Assembly (NCBI RefSeq): GCF_006345805.1
Contig: NW_021830456.1
Location: forward strand, 1 to 64,000
Direction of reading: 5' to 3'
Origin: Octopus sinensis
Lineage: Eukaryota
DNA: 64,000 nt
Every line of letters starts with the position of its first letter. Position 1 is the stretch's first letter. Under the pieces are notes generated by a model. The model searched no databases and was not told the origin of the DNA. It saw only the letters and a list, made by a program, of their open reading frames with translations. Below are positions 40,925-54,283 of this stretch, piece by piece. Position numbers and translations under genes: made by a program.

Positions 40925-41112
40925 AAAAAATACAAACTGGGACAGGAACGCAAAACATTTAGAAGACGATACAAAAACACGGACGGGACATTCGAAGCCT
41001 TCAATCTTCAGTCAAGAACCAAATCATTCTCGCAATTTCGGCTGATTAATCTGGAGATTGCTCCGATCTGGCCAGCCCCAAGGAAAATCTAAGCCAAGCG
41101 CATTAGATTCCT
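40925..41112 (-). mobile_element. Short Penelope-like end element between (TA)n tracts; homologous to 47210-47430
   Basis: GACGGGACATTCGAAGCCTTCAATCTTCAGTCAAG..CATTAGATTCC vs GACGGGGCATTCTTGGCTTTCTTTCATCAGTCAAG..CATTAGACCCC; minus strand carries CTGA(A/T)GA. Confidence 0.5.
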
Positions 41113-41114
41113 TC

Positions 41115-41145
<31 letters not shown>

Positions 41146-41154
41146 TATATATAT

Positions 41155-41440
41155 ATAACGGGAAGCTTTATGAAAATAGACAAAAGACGAAGGCAGGTGG
41201 AAAACAAACGAACAATTGTATTAGTATGGCGCTCAGGAAATATAAATAAAACAAGTCTTTAACGTTTCGAGCCTACGCTCTTCAACAGAAAGATACACAG
41301 AGAGAAAAAAAACCACACAGAAACAAGGAGAGAAAAAAAATGCGTGCAGTAGCTAACGAATCAACATGGCGATCTGATTTCGGCCAGAGGTCAAAGATCA
41401 AACATGAGACGCGAGAGCGAAATAAGGGGAGATAATAGGG
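41155..41440 (-). mobile_element. Penelope-like terminal fragment with minimal hammerhead-like motif at 41256-41293
   Basis: Minus strand TCTTT-CTGTTGA-A-GAGC-GTAG-GCTC-GAAAC-GTT-AAAGA. Confidence 0.6.
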
Positions 41441-41740
41441 TTGATAATAGGGTTGATAATAGGGTTGAAGGACCAGCTAATAGTGCGTAGGAGGGGTCTG
41501 GACGTGTGTATGTATAGGGTTGGTGTATGTATTAGTATGTATAAGTGTGTGTGTGTGTGTGTGTGTGTGTATGAGAGAGTATTAGTGCGTAGGATTGGTC
41601 TGGACGTGCGTATGTATGGGGTTGGTGTATGTATTAGTATGTATTAGTATGTATTAGTACGTATTAGTATGTATAAGTGTGTGTTTGTGTGTATGAGAGA
41701 GTATAAGTGCGTATGAGGGGTCTGGACGTGTGTATGTATA
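41434..41740. repeat. Compound minisatellite: (AATAGGGTTGAT)x3 then three variable-length units sharing AGTGCGTA.GA..GGTCTGGACGTG.GTATGTA
   Basis: Units near 41482, 41584 and 41706 with nested (GT)n and (ATTAGTATGT)n. Confidence 0.8.
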
Positions 41741-41827
41741 ATGCATATCTCTCTCTATCTCTCTCTCGCTCTTTATATATATATATATTATATACACTCA
41801 CACACACATTATGTTTGCGTAAGCAAT

Positions 41828-41985
41828 TGTTCCAATTGATCGGGTCAACATAGCACAATCTGCCAGTGGAAATGGCTGAGAGCACTCCACAGAAACTTGT
41901 TCCCTTAACGTAGTTATCAGAAACATTCAACGAGACACGGAACGTGACACGGCTGGCCATTTGAAATACAGATAGAACTCACTTT
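41828..41985 (-). mobile_element. SINE family A, degenerate 3' part
   Basis: TTGATCGGGTCAAC..GAGCACTCCACAGAAAC..CCCTTAACGTAGTT..TTTGAAATACAG matches 36680-36830. Confidence 0.7.
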
Positions 41986-42291
41986 TGACAGCTGGCGGCC
42001 TGGAATAACGGGAATGAAATAATGTATCATACTGGAGGACAAGACGCGCTGGTAAATATCAAACCCACGAACTTACGATCGTCAGCTACAAGCCCTAGCC
42101 ACTAAGCCACACGCCTTTAGACATACATACGATTATTGCTTACGGGCAGCCTTCGTATTTTTCATTCGTAAGTGATTTTAAACCTAGTATTAGCATATTA
42201 TTTATAGCTCTAAAACGATGCACGCACCCCCACGCACGTACGTGTTTATACATACATACATAGCTTTGAAAAGTATATGTTTGTATATATA

Positions 42292-42337
<46 letters not shown>

Positions 42338-42394
42338 ATGTATATATATATATAGGTATATACCTATATGTCTATAAATATAGGTATGTATATC

Positions 42395-42427
<33 letters not shown>

Positions 42428-42639
42428 TATATATATATACATGTATGATATATATTTGTTATATATCTTATATATACATATATGTCTATAAATATAGTAT
42501 ATTATATACATATGCATATATATTATAGGTATGCATTTATATATATATATATATATATAATACATATATAAATATATATATGTCTATAAATATATGTATA
42601 TATATATACATATACATATATATTATATGTATGCATTTA

Positions 42640-42681
<42 letters not shown>

Positions 42682-43110
42682 GTTGCATACATATATATAT
42701 TTGTGTGTGTGTGTGTGTGTATGTATGTATATTTATATGCATTTCCAATATGTCTTCTGCATTCTGCACAGGTAAATTTTCGCCAAGGGAGCATGCGCAA
42801 TTCTCACTGGGTATTTTCCACTTTATTTTAATCGTGGGAATTGTATATATTTCGTTGTACGGCTGCAGAGAATTATATATGTGTGAGAGCAGTCTCCTGT
42901 TTTATAATCGATTTTTTTCACTGGGAAGCTCAATTGATTCGCAATCACCTATATATAGACACAGACCGTTCCGAGTCAGCATGACCTCTTTAAAGTGGAT
43001 AAGTATCCAACACGATCGTCCTTCCTCCTCCTCCTTCTCCCCACCCTTCCTCTTCCTCCTACCTTTTTAAATTTAACTATCTTCAATATCGTTTTTGAAT
43101 ATCTCCCATC

Positions 43111-43141
<31 letters not shown>

Positions 43142-43159
43142 CTTCACCATTTCTCTCTT

Positions 43160-43169
43160 AATGTCTCGT

Positions 43170-43246
<77 letters not shown>

Positions 43247-43490
43247 GTCTGTCTGTCTGTCTATATGTCTATCTATCTATCTATCTATCTACTATCTATC
43301 TATCTTTCTATCTATTTATATATATGTATATATATATCGATCTATCGATATATGTCTGTCGGTCTGTCTGTCTGTCTATCTACTTATTAATCTATCTGTG
43401 TGTCTGTATGTCTGTGAGTCTCTCTCTCCCTCTCTCTATCTATCTGTTTATCTATCTAAAAGTCTGTCTCTCTATCTATCTATCTAGACA
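43160..43490. repeat. (TCTA)n/(TCTG)n tract
   Basis: Direct inspection. Confidence 0.9.
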
Positions 43491-43790
43491 CACACAAACA
43501 CATGCAGACGCGCTCACACACACAATCAGACATAGTTATGTATGTATGTATACATATATAGGTATATGTATATATAAGTGTATATATATGTATATATATA
43601 TAATTGCATATATAAATATATATACATCGGCATACATAAATAGACACACAGACAGGTGCAAGTAGACAGACATGTACGAACACACACACACACATACATA
43701 CACACATGTTTTCTCTAACCGTATCTAACGAGCAGACTTTAGGTACCTGTCTGTCTGTCTATCTATCTCTCTGTCTATGTCTGTATGTCA

Positions 43791-43831
<41 letters not shown>

Positions 43832-44693
43832 CTATCTATCCATATCTATCTAATCTATCTATCTATATATATATATATCTAATATATATATATATATATA
43901 ATATATATGTGTGTGTTGGTGTGTGTGGTGTGTGAGTGTGGTGTGTGTGTGTGGTGTGTGTGTGTATGTATCTATGTATTTATCTTTCTATACACTCATC
44001 TATCTATCATTCATCATCAGCCCGGTCTATCTATATAATGCCGATCTATCTGTATAATGCCCGATCTATCTGTTTGTCTGCCCACCAACCTACCTCCCAA
44101 CGTACATACCTATCTACCTATCCAGCTCATTCTAATCCCACCTCAGCAATATCTGCTTTTCTCTCTCCGTCTCCCTTATTACTCCCTCGTTTCTCATTCC
44201 CTTCGATATAACTTCACTTTCATACAGTTTATTTATTTCATAAATAAAATGACTCCTATCTTTATGAATTCCCAACGAAAAATAATTGTGTTTATCAATT
44301 TCATTATCACTTCTCATTTTTACCTCTTAAAAACAAAAAAAAACAAAAATTTATCCTTCACATATCCTTCACATATCCTTCACACACACATACACAAACA
44401 GAGTCCTTCTCTCTCTTTTATTCTTTCACTTTCTCTCTCTCCCTTTCTCTTTTTCTCAATCTCTTAATCATTATATTCCTTGCAGATTGTAAACTGTTTT
44501 CTTTTCTTTCATTTCCAGTCCATCCCTGACCCTCTCCCTCCAGATCCTCCTGTCAGCTTCTTCTCTCTTCAATCCTCTCTCACTCTGTCGATCTCAGGAA
44601 CAATTTACACCTGATTTGTATACTTTTGTTTATTCGTTCTACAGGAACAACTTCAGAAATTATTTATCGGCTTCCATTTCCTTCATTCTGTCG

Positions 44694-44737
<44 letters not shown>

Positions 44738-44961
44738 CTTTACCTCTTCTTGCATACATACATACATGCGTAATATATATGTGCATGTATGTAAGGAGGC
44801 ACACACATTAATACACAAGTACACATGGACATACACACACATACGCATATATATATAAACACAAATATAAGCATGTAAATGCAAAACAAGATAGAAAAAT
44901 TAGTACTCGCTTCCCAAGGCAGAGTCGGTAAATAGTGTGTGTGTGTGTATATATATATATA

Positions 44962-45011
<50 letters not shown>

Positions 45012-45014
<3 letters not shown>

Positions 45015-45150
45015 AAGCAATTAAAGCGAAACAAGTGGAAAAATGGTACTTGAATACCAGAAGTAGAATAATATGGTTTATTAAAAAGCAGCAAAAATAT
45101 CACAAAAACTGTTACTCAGAGTTTCACGTTCCTGTTCATCGGACATAAAC
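45012..45150 (-). mobile_element. Penelope-like end with hammerhead-like motif at 45109-45145
   Basis: Minus strand ATGT-CCGATGA-ACA-GGAA-CGT-GAA-ACTC-T-GAGT-A-ACAG; 3' end joins (TA)n. Confidence 0.6.
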
Positions 45151-45234
45151 AACACTGTGTAAACCTGAAGAAATGTCGCCAAAGATTTTCGACGCCATAG
45201 TAACTATTACCCCAGTTTGCTGCCTTAATCGTTT

Positions 45235-45420
45235 TTTTTTAAATTTTAGCACAAGGTCAGCAAATTTTTGAGGGGAGGGGACAAACCAATTGCTTCAGCC
45301 CTAGTACTCGACTGATACTTTATTTTATCGATTTTAAAAGGACGAAACGAAAAATATATCTCGATAGTATTTGAACTCAGATCTTAATGTACGGAAGAAA
45401 TGCTCTTAAGTATTTTGTCC
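45235..45420 (-). mobile_element. SINE family B, degenerate
   Basis: TTTTAGCACAAGGTCAGCAA tail and degenerate core/head. Confidence 0.65.
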
Positions 45421-46436
45421 GCATTCCTCAACGTAATAATCCTTTCAGGCCAATTCATTTAATAGGTCGACGCAGTCAATCATCCGCCATGGATAAGTAA
45501 TATCAATTAATAGTTAAATACTGGTAATGATTTGACGACAAATACCAGCCGTCCCACACCTTTATATATATATATATTATATATATATATATATATATAT
45601 GGCATTGCACAACGTTTGAAATCAATGCTAGCAGGGACCAAGTACAAAAATCTGTAGATGAATTCCTTTATTAACCATGAGGTTGAGAAAAAGAGGGGAG
45701 GATACGAGGACAGACAAGACAAACATTGGGGTCAGGGTATCGAATGAGACGAAACGTATGAATAAACAAACAATTAAAATATATACAATTGAATGAGAAT
45801 GAGTGATTTACAAATAAATGAAGCGGAGGACGCGGTCGACCCCACAAACCACATACTCACACTGAAGACTTAGTTTTGTTCTTTTTTGGTTCTCATTTAG
45901 GCAGTTCTTTCACTCGCAACATACTTGCCCACAGACTTCCATCTGTTACGGGATACTCTTTGCAACAGGCATTTCTTCTCCAGCCTAATTTTTCGTTTCA
46001 TGTGGAAAACGAAAAACATCGATTAGCTGAAGACTAGAGATGAATTTCACCACGTTCAGTTTTATTTTCTGTCCTTCTATAGTCAATGAAATACTAGCAA
46101 CTTATTAACGGAACACTTTGAAGAATATTAATATAAATTCAGCGATGATTGTTATTTAGCAAGAAGTCAGCAAGTATTTGGTACGTTTTGTTTTGTTTTG
46201 AGCAGCTGATTTTGTGTGACTTATTCAGTGCCGTCTTTTCGACGCGAATCCAGTTAGCACAAGAGCTTTAGGCAATGAAAAACGTATGTTTTCATTCTAA
46301 AAAAAAAATAATAATAGTAACTTCTTTATTTTTAGTTAGTCAGAAAACATTGCTGACACAGCTAAATCTACAGACATAATAATAGATGAAATATTAACAA
46401 TTTTGACTTTTCCACTTTAATGTTTCCCCACTATTC

Positions 46437-46494
<58 letters not shown>

Positions 46495-46501
46495 CTCTTC
46501 T

Positions 46502-46535
<34 letters not shown>

Positions 46536-46559
46536 TACAAAGTATATATAGTTTAGCTT

Positions 46560-46838
46560 TTATCTTTTCGTTGTGTCAGTCTTTAGTCTGCGGCCATGCT
46601 GGAGTACCATCTTAAAGAATTCCTAGTTGAATGAGTAATTCCCAGTACATATTGTTAGGTTTGCTACTTATTTCGTTGGTCGCTTTCCTCGAACCGTTAA
46701 TTTTACGAGGTTGTCATGCTGTGGTGAGTGAAAGACTCAGACAAAAAGACACACACGTGCACGCGCGCACACATACACATCCATATATTTTTATATACAT
46801 ACATATATATATGTGTGTGTATGCGCGTATATATATAT

Positions 46839-46908
<70 letters not shown>

Positions 46909-47050
46909 CACGACGGCTTTCTTTTAATTCCATCTCCTAGATCCACTTACAAGATTTTAGTCGGCCGAAGGCTGTAGTAAATGACACTTGCCTAAGTTTC
47001 AATGCATTTCTCTGAACCATTTAGTTTGGGGACAAACTGCTTACCACATT
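46560..47050 (-). mobile_element. SINE family C, degenerate
   Basis: CTGCGGCCATGCTGGAGTACC tail; ACGACGGCTTTC..ATCCACTTACAAGATTTTAGTCGGCCGAAGGCTGTAGTA. Confidence 0.7.
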
Positions 47051-48159
47051 GTTTATATATATATATATATATATATATACTATATATATATATATATATA
47101 TGTGCGTGTGTGTGTGTATGTATGTATGTATGTATATATATATTACAACATACATACACACACACACGCACACACATACACACATATATATAATATATGT
47201 TAATGGAACAAAAGTGCAATAGAGAGAATTAAAACGTTCTGAGAGATAGAGGACACAAAGGTGGACAGGTGAAACAACAATTACAAGTACAGGCACAAAA
47301 AGACGGGGCATTCTTGGCTTTCTTTCATCAGTCAAGTACCAGACGCCACGACCATTTCGGACAGTTATATTTGAGATGATTCGATCTGGTAGACCCCCAA
47401 AAAGTCTAAACTAAGTGCATTAGACCCCTTTGTAAGAAGGTTAGCGAAGGTGACTTATTAGCAAATTTATAGACATCACTAAAGTGACAGAGGGTACATA
47501 GTGGTACCGGCATTGCGAGAAATAAGTGTCAAACCGACTCATTAGCCACAAGAGTACTATCTTAATAAGATGACAAGGGAGACAAAGCTCCCTAGAGTCA
47601 CAGACATAGTCATATCACCAGTGATTTTGAATGTTGATGTAGGGTATTTTAATTCTCATCAGTGGCTCTTGCCGCGCCGAGGGTTAAGTTCAACTTTCCT
47701 CATAACAAAAACAGTTGAAAGCATTTACTGATTTAAAAAGAGGGTCGTGGTGTACAATTGCTTCTATATATGTATGCGGGAGAGCTGACCTTCAGTGCCA
47801 AATCTTCCGTCGCCAAAATGAGCTTAGATCCTTGACAGATGCAGTAAATGACACCAAATAAACAGCAACTAGTCTCCTCTATTGTTTTCGGTGATTAGTA
47901 AACCAAAGATTGTGTGTGGTTCCTGATTCGAAGACGAAAGAAATTACTTGTTACTTCCTGTTAAAAGCCTTATCACATAACGGATTCTCACTTCATTTTC
48001 TAATATTGAATTGCAATTTTGGTACACGGTCAGCAATTTTGGATGATGGGGTAAGTCGATAAAATCAACCCCAGTGCTCAGCTGGTACTTATTATATATG
48101 CTTTACAAACAACTTGCACATGCAAGTGATACCAGTCGAGAACTCCGCATACCGGAAGC

Positions 48160-48627
48160 CAGCAAGTGTACGGGGTCATCAGGAGAGAATGCGTGCCATT
48201 TCGGGACCTACCTCTCGACGGCATCAATGTGCACCGATATGATATGAGGCCCGGCTTGCTACATCAACCGGTTATTGAGTATAGCTCAATATTCTTCTAG
48301 CCGTCGCTCATCGTCTGTTTTTAACCAAATCCAGTGGCTAGCCTTCTCCATTGTAGTTTGGATATCGTTCATGGGAGTATGTACTTTAGAATGAGTTAGG
48401 CCTCACGATAACAACAGTCGCCTCACACTGCCCCTTTCGCTAATCGGATACTCTCTTTTTCTCCAAATAATTCATTTCCTGTATCGTAAATTGAGCTTGT
48501 TAACTTTCCCAATTGATCTAGCAAGCCGGGCCTCATATCAGTGAGGGGACCGGTGCACAATGATGCCGTCGAGGGGTAGGCCCTGAAACGGCGCGCATTC
48601 TCTCCTGATGACCCCATATACTTGCTG
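48160..48627. mobile_element. MITE-like element with ~110-bp inverted arms
   Basis: 48160-48267 (CAGCAAGTGTACGGGGTCATCAGGAGAGAATGCG..GAGGCCCGGCTTGCTACATCAA) is the reverse complement of 48513-48627; no TSD seen. Confidence 0.8.
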
Positions 48628-49856
48628 TCATTTTATAAAGATCTTGAGATACCTTGTTTTCAAACTCTTTATATTTTCCTTTCCCATTAGCAGCAGACCA
48701 CAAAACCATCAAAGGATGAAAAGCAAAGTCGACCGCGGCGGGGTTAGAACTCAGAACGTGTTGAAGATTCTGACACCACGCCACCATTTTCTAATATTAA
48801 TATATGTAGAACTTCTACTGTTTACTCTAAATAATCGATATTTATGTACATAAATACGAAGTTCTCGCGAAAGTGAGGTTTGATTTTTATTTATTTAGCA
48901 TTCAATAAAATACGTACATACTAGCAATATAAAAAGCGCATGGAACTCCTCATAATCCGCCCTATTTGGGGACTGAAAGTGTAAAAAAAAAAAATCATAT
49001 GTGTGTTGCACATAGTTATCTCCGATCATCAATTACCTAGTATATATGATTACAGACGTTCCAGGAGTGACTATCCCAGCCTGTTCTTTGCTGTATTTTT
49101 GTAGCTAAAACTATACTACTCAATATCCTCCTGCGTTGTTTCTCACGACAGGGTGTGATTTCAGGGAAATTCTATATAAAGAACCTGTTGAACATGGAAA
49201 CAGGTACTTAGTATCTGTTTTTGCATAGTAAATATTCGTGATGTTGAAAGTTGGATATTTGGCTGAAGCGACAGAGTGGCCTGGAAGAGAAAACTTGTGG
49301 TTTGTAATTACTTATACCGAAGGTTTGGGTTCAAATCACTGTGAGGTCACTATTGAATTTCACCATTCCTGAATCGATAACATAAAAATCCACCAAAATT
49401 TGAACCAAATATTCAATGCTAAAAAATCAATATGCTTATATTCGAATGAAATCAATATGAAGCATCTAGAAAAGGGTTGTTTAAATGATTAAGATTCTTG
49501 AACTTCTTTGGCCTAGGTTCGAATTCTGAAAGAACCGCCTTCGTTTATTTACTGCCGACAGACTCATCGAACAAAAACCAACAAATTTATCGATATCAAT
49601 ACAAACAACTGTGCAACATCAAAAAATCAATACATACCGCAATTACTTAAACATTCTCGCATAGTGCATATATATATATACACATGTATGTGTGCATACG
49701 TATGAAAACAGTATTGCCATACAAATACATGCATACATACATACATACATACAATCGTACATATATTTATATATGTGGTTTCTGGTTTAGGTAAATTATT
49801 TTGAGTAAATATGTCATGTATATATATGCATATACATACTCTGATGTCTGCATGTA

Positions 49857-49899
<43 letters not shown>

Positions 49900-50915
49900 G
49901 TATGTTTGTAGCAATATATAATATGTTTGTACGCACGTATGTATATTTTGGCAACGCTCTATGAGCAATGTGTAAATATATCTATCAAATAATGTCACTG
50001 CTGTACGATTTATTGTGTATACATGTATATGTTTATATGCAAATATTTGCGTAGAGGTATGTAGTTAAATTTCATGAATCTACGCGTACATGGACATAAA
50101 ATATATACCACTATCTATTTACTCGTGTATATGTATACCTAGGTATTCGATTATGTACAAATGTATACATGTGTGTGTGTGGTGTGTGTGTGTTGAAGGT
50201 TGTGTATATTTGAATGCATGTGTGTGTGTGTATGGTGGTGATTGTGTGTGGTATGTGCTTGTGTAAATGTCGGTGCGCTCCTTTGTATGTTCTTTGCTCT
50301 GAGTACACACGGTTATTTTAACCTGGTAAACACATTAGGAACATGTCGTTTATTTACTCTCCTTTTAAGTTCCCACGCACATATACGCAGTGAGGGAGAG
50401 AGAGAGAGAGAGAAAGTGTGTGGAGAGAGAGAGAGAGAGAGAGAGAGAGTAGGAGGAAACTTTCTATGCATATATTTCTGTATATGCAATTATGTATATA
50501 TATGTATATATGCAATTATAAATATATACATATGTATGTACATACGTATGTATGTATGTATGTATGTATGTATGTATGTATGTATGTATGTATGTATGTA
50601 TGTATGTATGTATGCATGTATGTATGTATATATATATATATATATATATGCAATTTAGTTATCTTTATATAAGCATTTGTTATATATGTATATATATATA
50701 TATAAAGGCATAAAAGGCATACATATCTATATGTATATAAATAGATATATATATGAATATATGTACGCGCGTGTGTGTAAACATACATATATAAGTGTGT
50801 GTGTAAATACATATATATATATATATTATATTACAGCCACCCACACACTCAACCCCTGTGTGCGTGTAACTGTACCAAAGCATTCAATTACCTAATTATC
50901 TATGTAGTATATGTT

Positions 50916-50973
<58 letters not shown>

Positions 50974-51492
50974 GTGTGTATCGGTAAGAAGTATTAGCGA
51001 TCAAGCATACAACATGTGTGTATGCATAAATATATAAGTATATACGAATATACATATACATATATATATATGTATATATGTATATATATGTATATATATT
51101 TGCGTGCGTGTGTATTTATAAATATATCTACATGCATATATGCATCAAACTACATGTGCAAAATATTCATGTATGAATGTATATGCATGATGTTCAACAT
51201 ATCCTATGGGAGAATTAGATGCATTCTCACATGCATCTATGGATGCATCTGCATATAGATTATATATATATATATATATATATATACAGAGATTACTAAT
51301 TATTGATAACATGAAATTCTTCGTTTCACACAACGCCCCCCCCCCGACCCCAACCTCACCCCCCGTCATTCCATAAAACACACACATATACATATAGACA
51401 AGACACATTCTCACACGCACAGATATTCTCCTCCCCTCTGCAGACAGACACTCATACACACTCATACACACTCATATATATATATATTATAT

Positions 51493-51523
<31 letters not shown>

Positions 51524-51806
51524 TTATAAATATATATATATATATTATATATATGTATATATATATATATGTATATTGTGTGTGTGTGTATATATGCTGT
51601 TATATCTTCTATGTACGTCAGTTATGTAAGAAAACGTGTGTACTTCTGTTAAACTGCAACAGATGGTTTCTTTTTGAGTCTTCTCAGCAAGTTGCAAAAA
51701 TACACAAGGAAGAAACCTAACTCTTATTCAAAACCTGTTTACTCCGATCACATTCTCTCTTATCATTCACTCGCTCTCTCTCGCTCTCTTTCTCCAGACC
51801 GGTGCT

Positions 51807-51848
<42 letters not shown>

Positions 51849-52614
51849 ATTTTTGTTTATCTCTATTGCGTGTAAACTTTCCTCCTCTATCGCGCTCTCT
51901 CATGGTTTCGGTTTCATATAGATGCCTTGTTATATAAATGGATTTCATATCTTAGATATGTTTTCTATTTTAAATTTTTTCTTTATTTTTCCCTTTCACT
52001 TATTTTTTATCGAGTTCTGATCCAAACTTTTACGAAATCATTATTCGTAGAATATAATTAGAAGAAGAAAATTATAAAAATAACCATTTGCCAAATGTTA
52101 AATGTGCTTTCCTAGTTAATATTCAGATAACTTTGCATATATATATTTCTCTATTTCCGTAATCATGCGAAACGTCTCTTTTACATTTACACATATCTGC
52201 CATTTATGTTGCTTTATTTTTGAAATATCTCAACGTTAACCCTATGAGCTTGCAGAATCGTCGGACAGAAATCATGATAGCGTTTCCGATTCTTTACACC
52301 TGAGTTCATATCCCGGCTGAGTTCCATGTCTGGTACTGGGGTCAATGTAATTGAATTGACTCTTGGTTTCAAAAACTGCTTTCTCCAGCACTTGACAGAA
52401 AGAGGTTCCTTTCAAGGCAATATTAAAATTTCGATCGTTTAGCCGACATGGAAAACGAGAAAATGCTCTTGGAGTTCCTTGGGCACCCAATCCCCCAAGA
52501 AAATACTTTAACATAAAGAAGACAGTATGTTATTTCCATTAGAAAAGGATATTTCGTATTGTTCCTTTTTATCTAATTTTAAAACTCATGGCGCTTAATA
52601 GTTCCCTTTCCAGT

Positions 52615-53835
52615 AGGCCGGACAAAATGCTTAGCGGCATTTCGTCCGTCTTTACGTTCTGAGTTCAAATTCTGCCGAAGTCGACTTTGCATTTCATCCC
52701 TTCATGATCGATAAAATAAGTTCCAGTGGAACAGTGAGGTCGATGAAATCAAATTATCCCCTCCCCCAAAATTGCTGGCCTTGTGCCAAATGTGAAATCA
52801 ATTGCATCGTAGTTATACGATACACAAACCTAACCCCTCTTCTACTTTGCAAACTGTAACATCCTTTCATCTTTTCGGTGTCGATAAATTAAGTACCAGT
52901 TACGAACTGAGGTTGATGTAATCGACTTAATCCGTTTGTCTGTCCCTGTTTGTCCTCTCTGTGTTTAGCCTTTTGTGGGTTGTAAAGAAATAGGTATTTT
53001 GTCTGTCTTTACGATGTCAGTTCAAATTCCGCCGCGGTCGACTTTGCCTTTCTTCCTTTCGGGATCGATAAATTAAGTACCAGTTGCGTACAGTGATCGA
53101 TCTAATCGACTGGTTCCCTCCACAACAATTTCGGACCTTGTGCCTAGATTAGAAAAATTCTTTAAGGTAGCAAGTTGGCAGGAAACATCATGCCGGGCGA
53201 AATGCTTAGCGGTATTTCGACTGTTTTTGCGTTCTGAGTTCAAATTCCGCTGAGGTCGGCTTTACCTATCATCTTTCGCGGTTGTGTACTGGGGTCGAAC
53301 TAATCTGCCTAAAACAGAAATGATTCTTTAAGGCGGCAAGCTGGCAGAAACGTTAGCACGCCAGCAGAAATACCTAGCGGTATTTCGTCTGTTACCTTCT
53401 GAGTTCAAATTCCGAGGTCGACTTTGCCTTTCATCCTTTCGGACTCGATAAATTAAGTACCAGTTTCGCACTGGTGTCGCTGTAATCGACTTAATCGCTT
53501 TGTTTGTCTTTGTCTGCCCCTTCTATGTTTAGCCCCTTGTGGGCAATAAAGAAATAAGAAACGTTAGCACGCGGGGAGAAATGCTTATCGGTATTTCGTC
53601 TCCCGTTACGTTTGTCTGTCCTTGTTTGTCCTCTCTGTGTTTAGCCCTTGTGGGTAGTAAAGAAATAGGTAGTTCTTCTGTCTGTAAGTTCTCAGTTCAA
53701 ATTCCATTGAGGTCAACACTGCCTTTCATCCTTTCGGGTAGATAATTTAAGTACAAGTTGCGTACAGGAGTCGACCTAATCGACAGGCCCTCCTCTCCCA
53801 AAATTTCGGGCTTTGTACCTAGAGTAGAAAAGCAT
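52615..53835 (+). mobile_element. Cluster of four head-to-tail SINE family B copies (monomer, truncated dimer, partial, multimer)
   Basis: Cores at ~52680, 52865, 53040, 53260, 53420 and 53715, all on +. Confidence 0.85.
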
Positions 53836-54283
53836 ATTTTTATTAAAACCATAGTTTTTAACATTTCCATATTCTTCTTTGTGGACCAGATGTAATCCTT
53901 TACTTCACCATTCTTCTTCTACTCATTTCAATCATTATACTCCGGCGTGAATGTAAATTTAAATCAGTTTAAGTCGAATAAATCCACCCTAGTACTTATG
54001 GGTTTCTTTTAAGTCGAGTATCTTCAATAGGGGTCTTTCTTCAAATCACTGAATTACAAGATCGTAAACAAAACATCACCTGTTGCCAAACGTCATGGAG
54101 ATGGCGGCTGCTATAAAGGCAAACGCACGCATAGGCATAAATGACATCATGTTCACACACACACGTGCGCACGCACGCAGGCACACAAACACACACACAC
54201 ACACACATATTCGTATCGTTTTATAATTTTGGATTATCATTACTCTAGAAAAGCAACGTGATGTTATAAGTTTCGATTGAGAG

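Noticed and set aside
45901-46035. Strong acceptor followed by 45 codons (GSSFTRNILAHRLPS..)
   Set aside because: All three frames are open for a similar stretch; no homology
47560-47900. Possible PLE GIY-YIG C-terminus and CTGATGA at ~47657
   Set aside because: Too degenerate; hammerhead helices not recoverable
48575-48620. GAAAC..CTGATGA as a type II hammerhead in the inverted arm
   Set aside because: Helix II closing pair and helix III do not form
48935-48980. GTCCCCAAATAGGGC resemblance to the Schistosoma hammerhead helix II
   Set aside because: Flanking catalytic core absent
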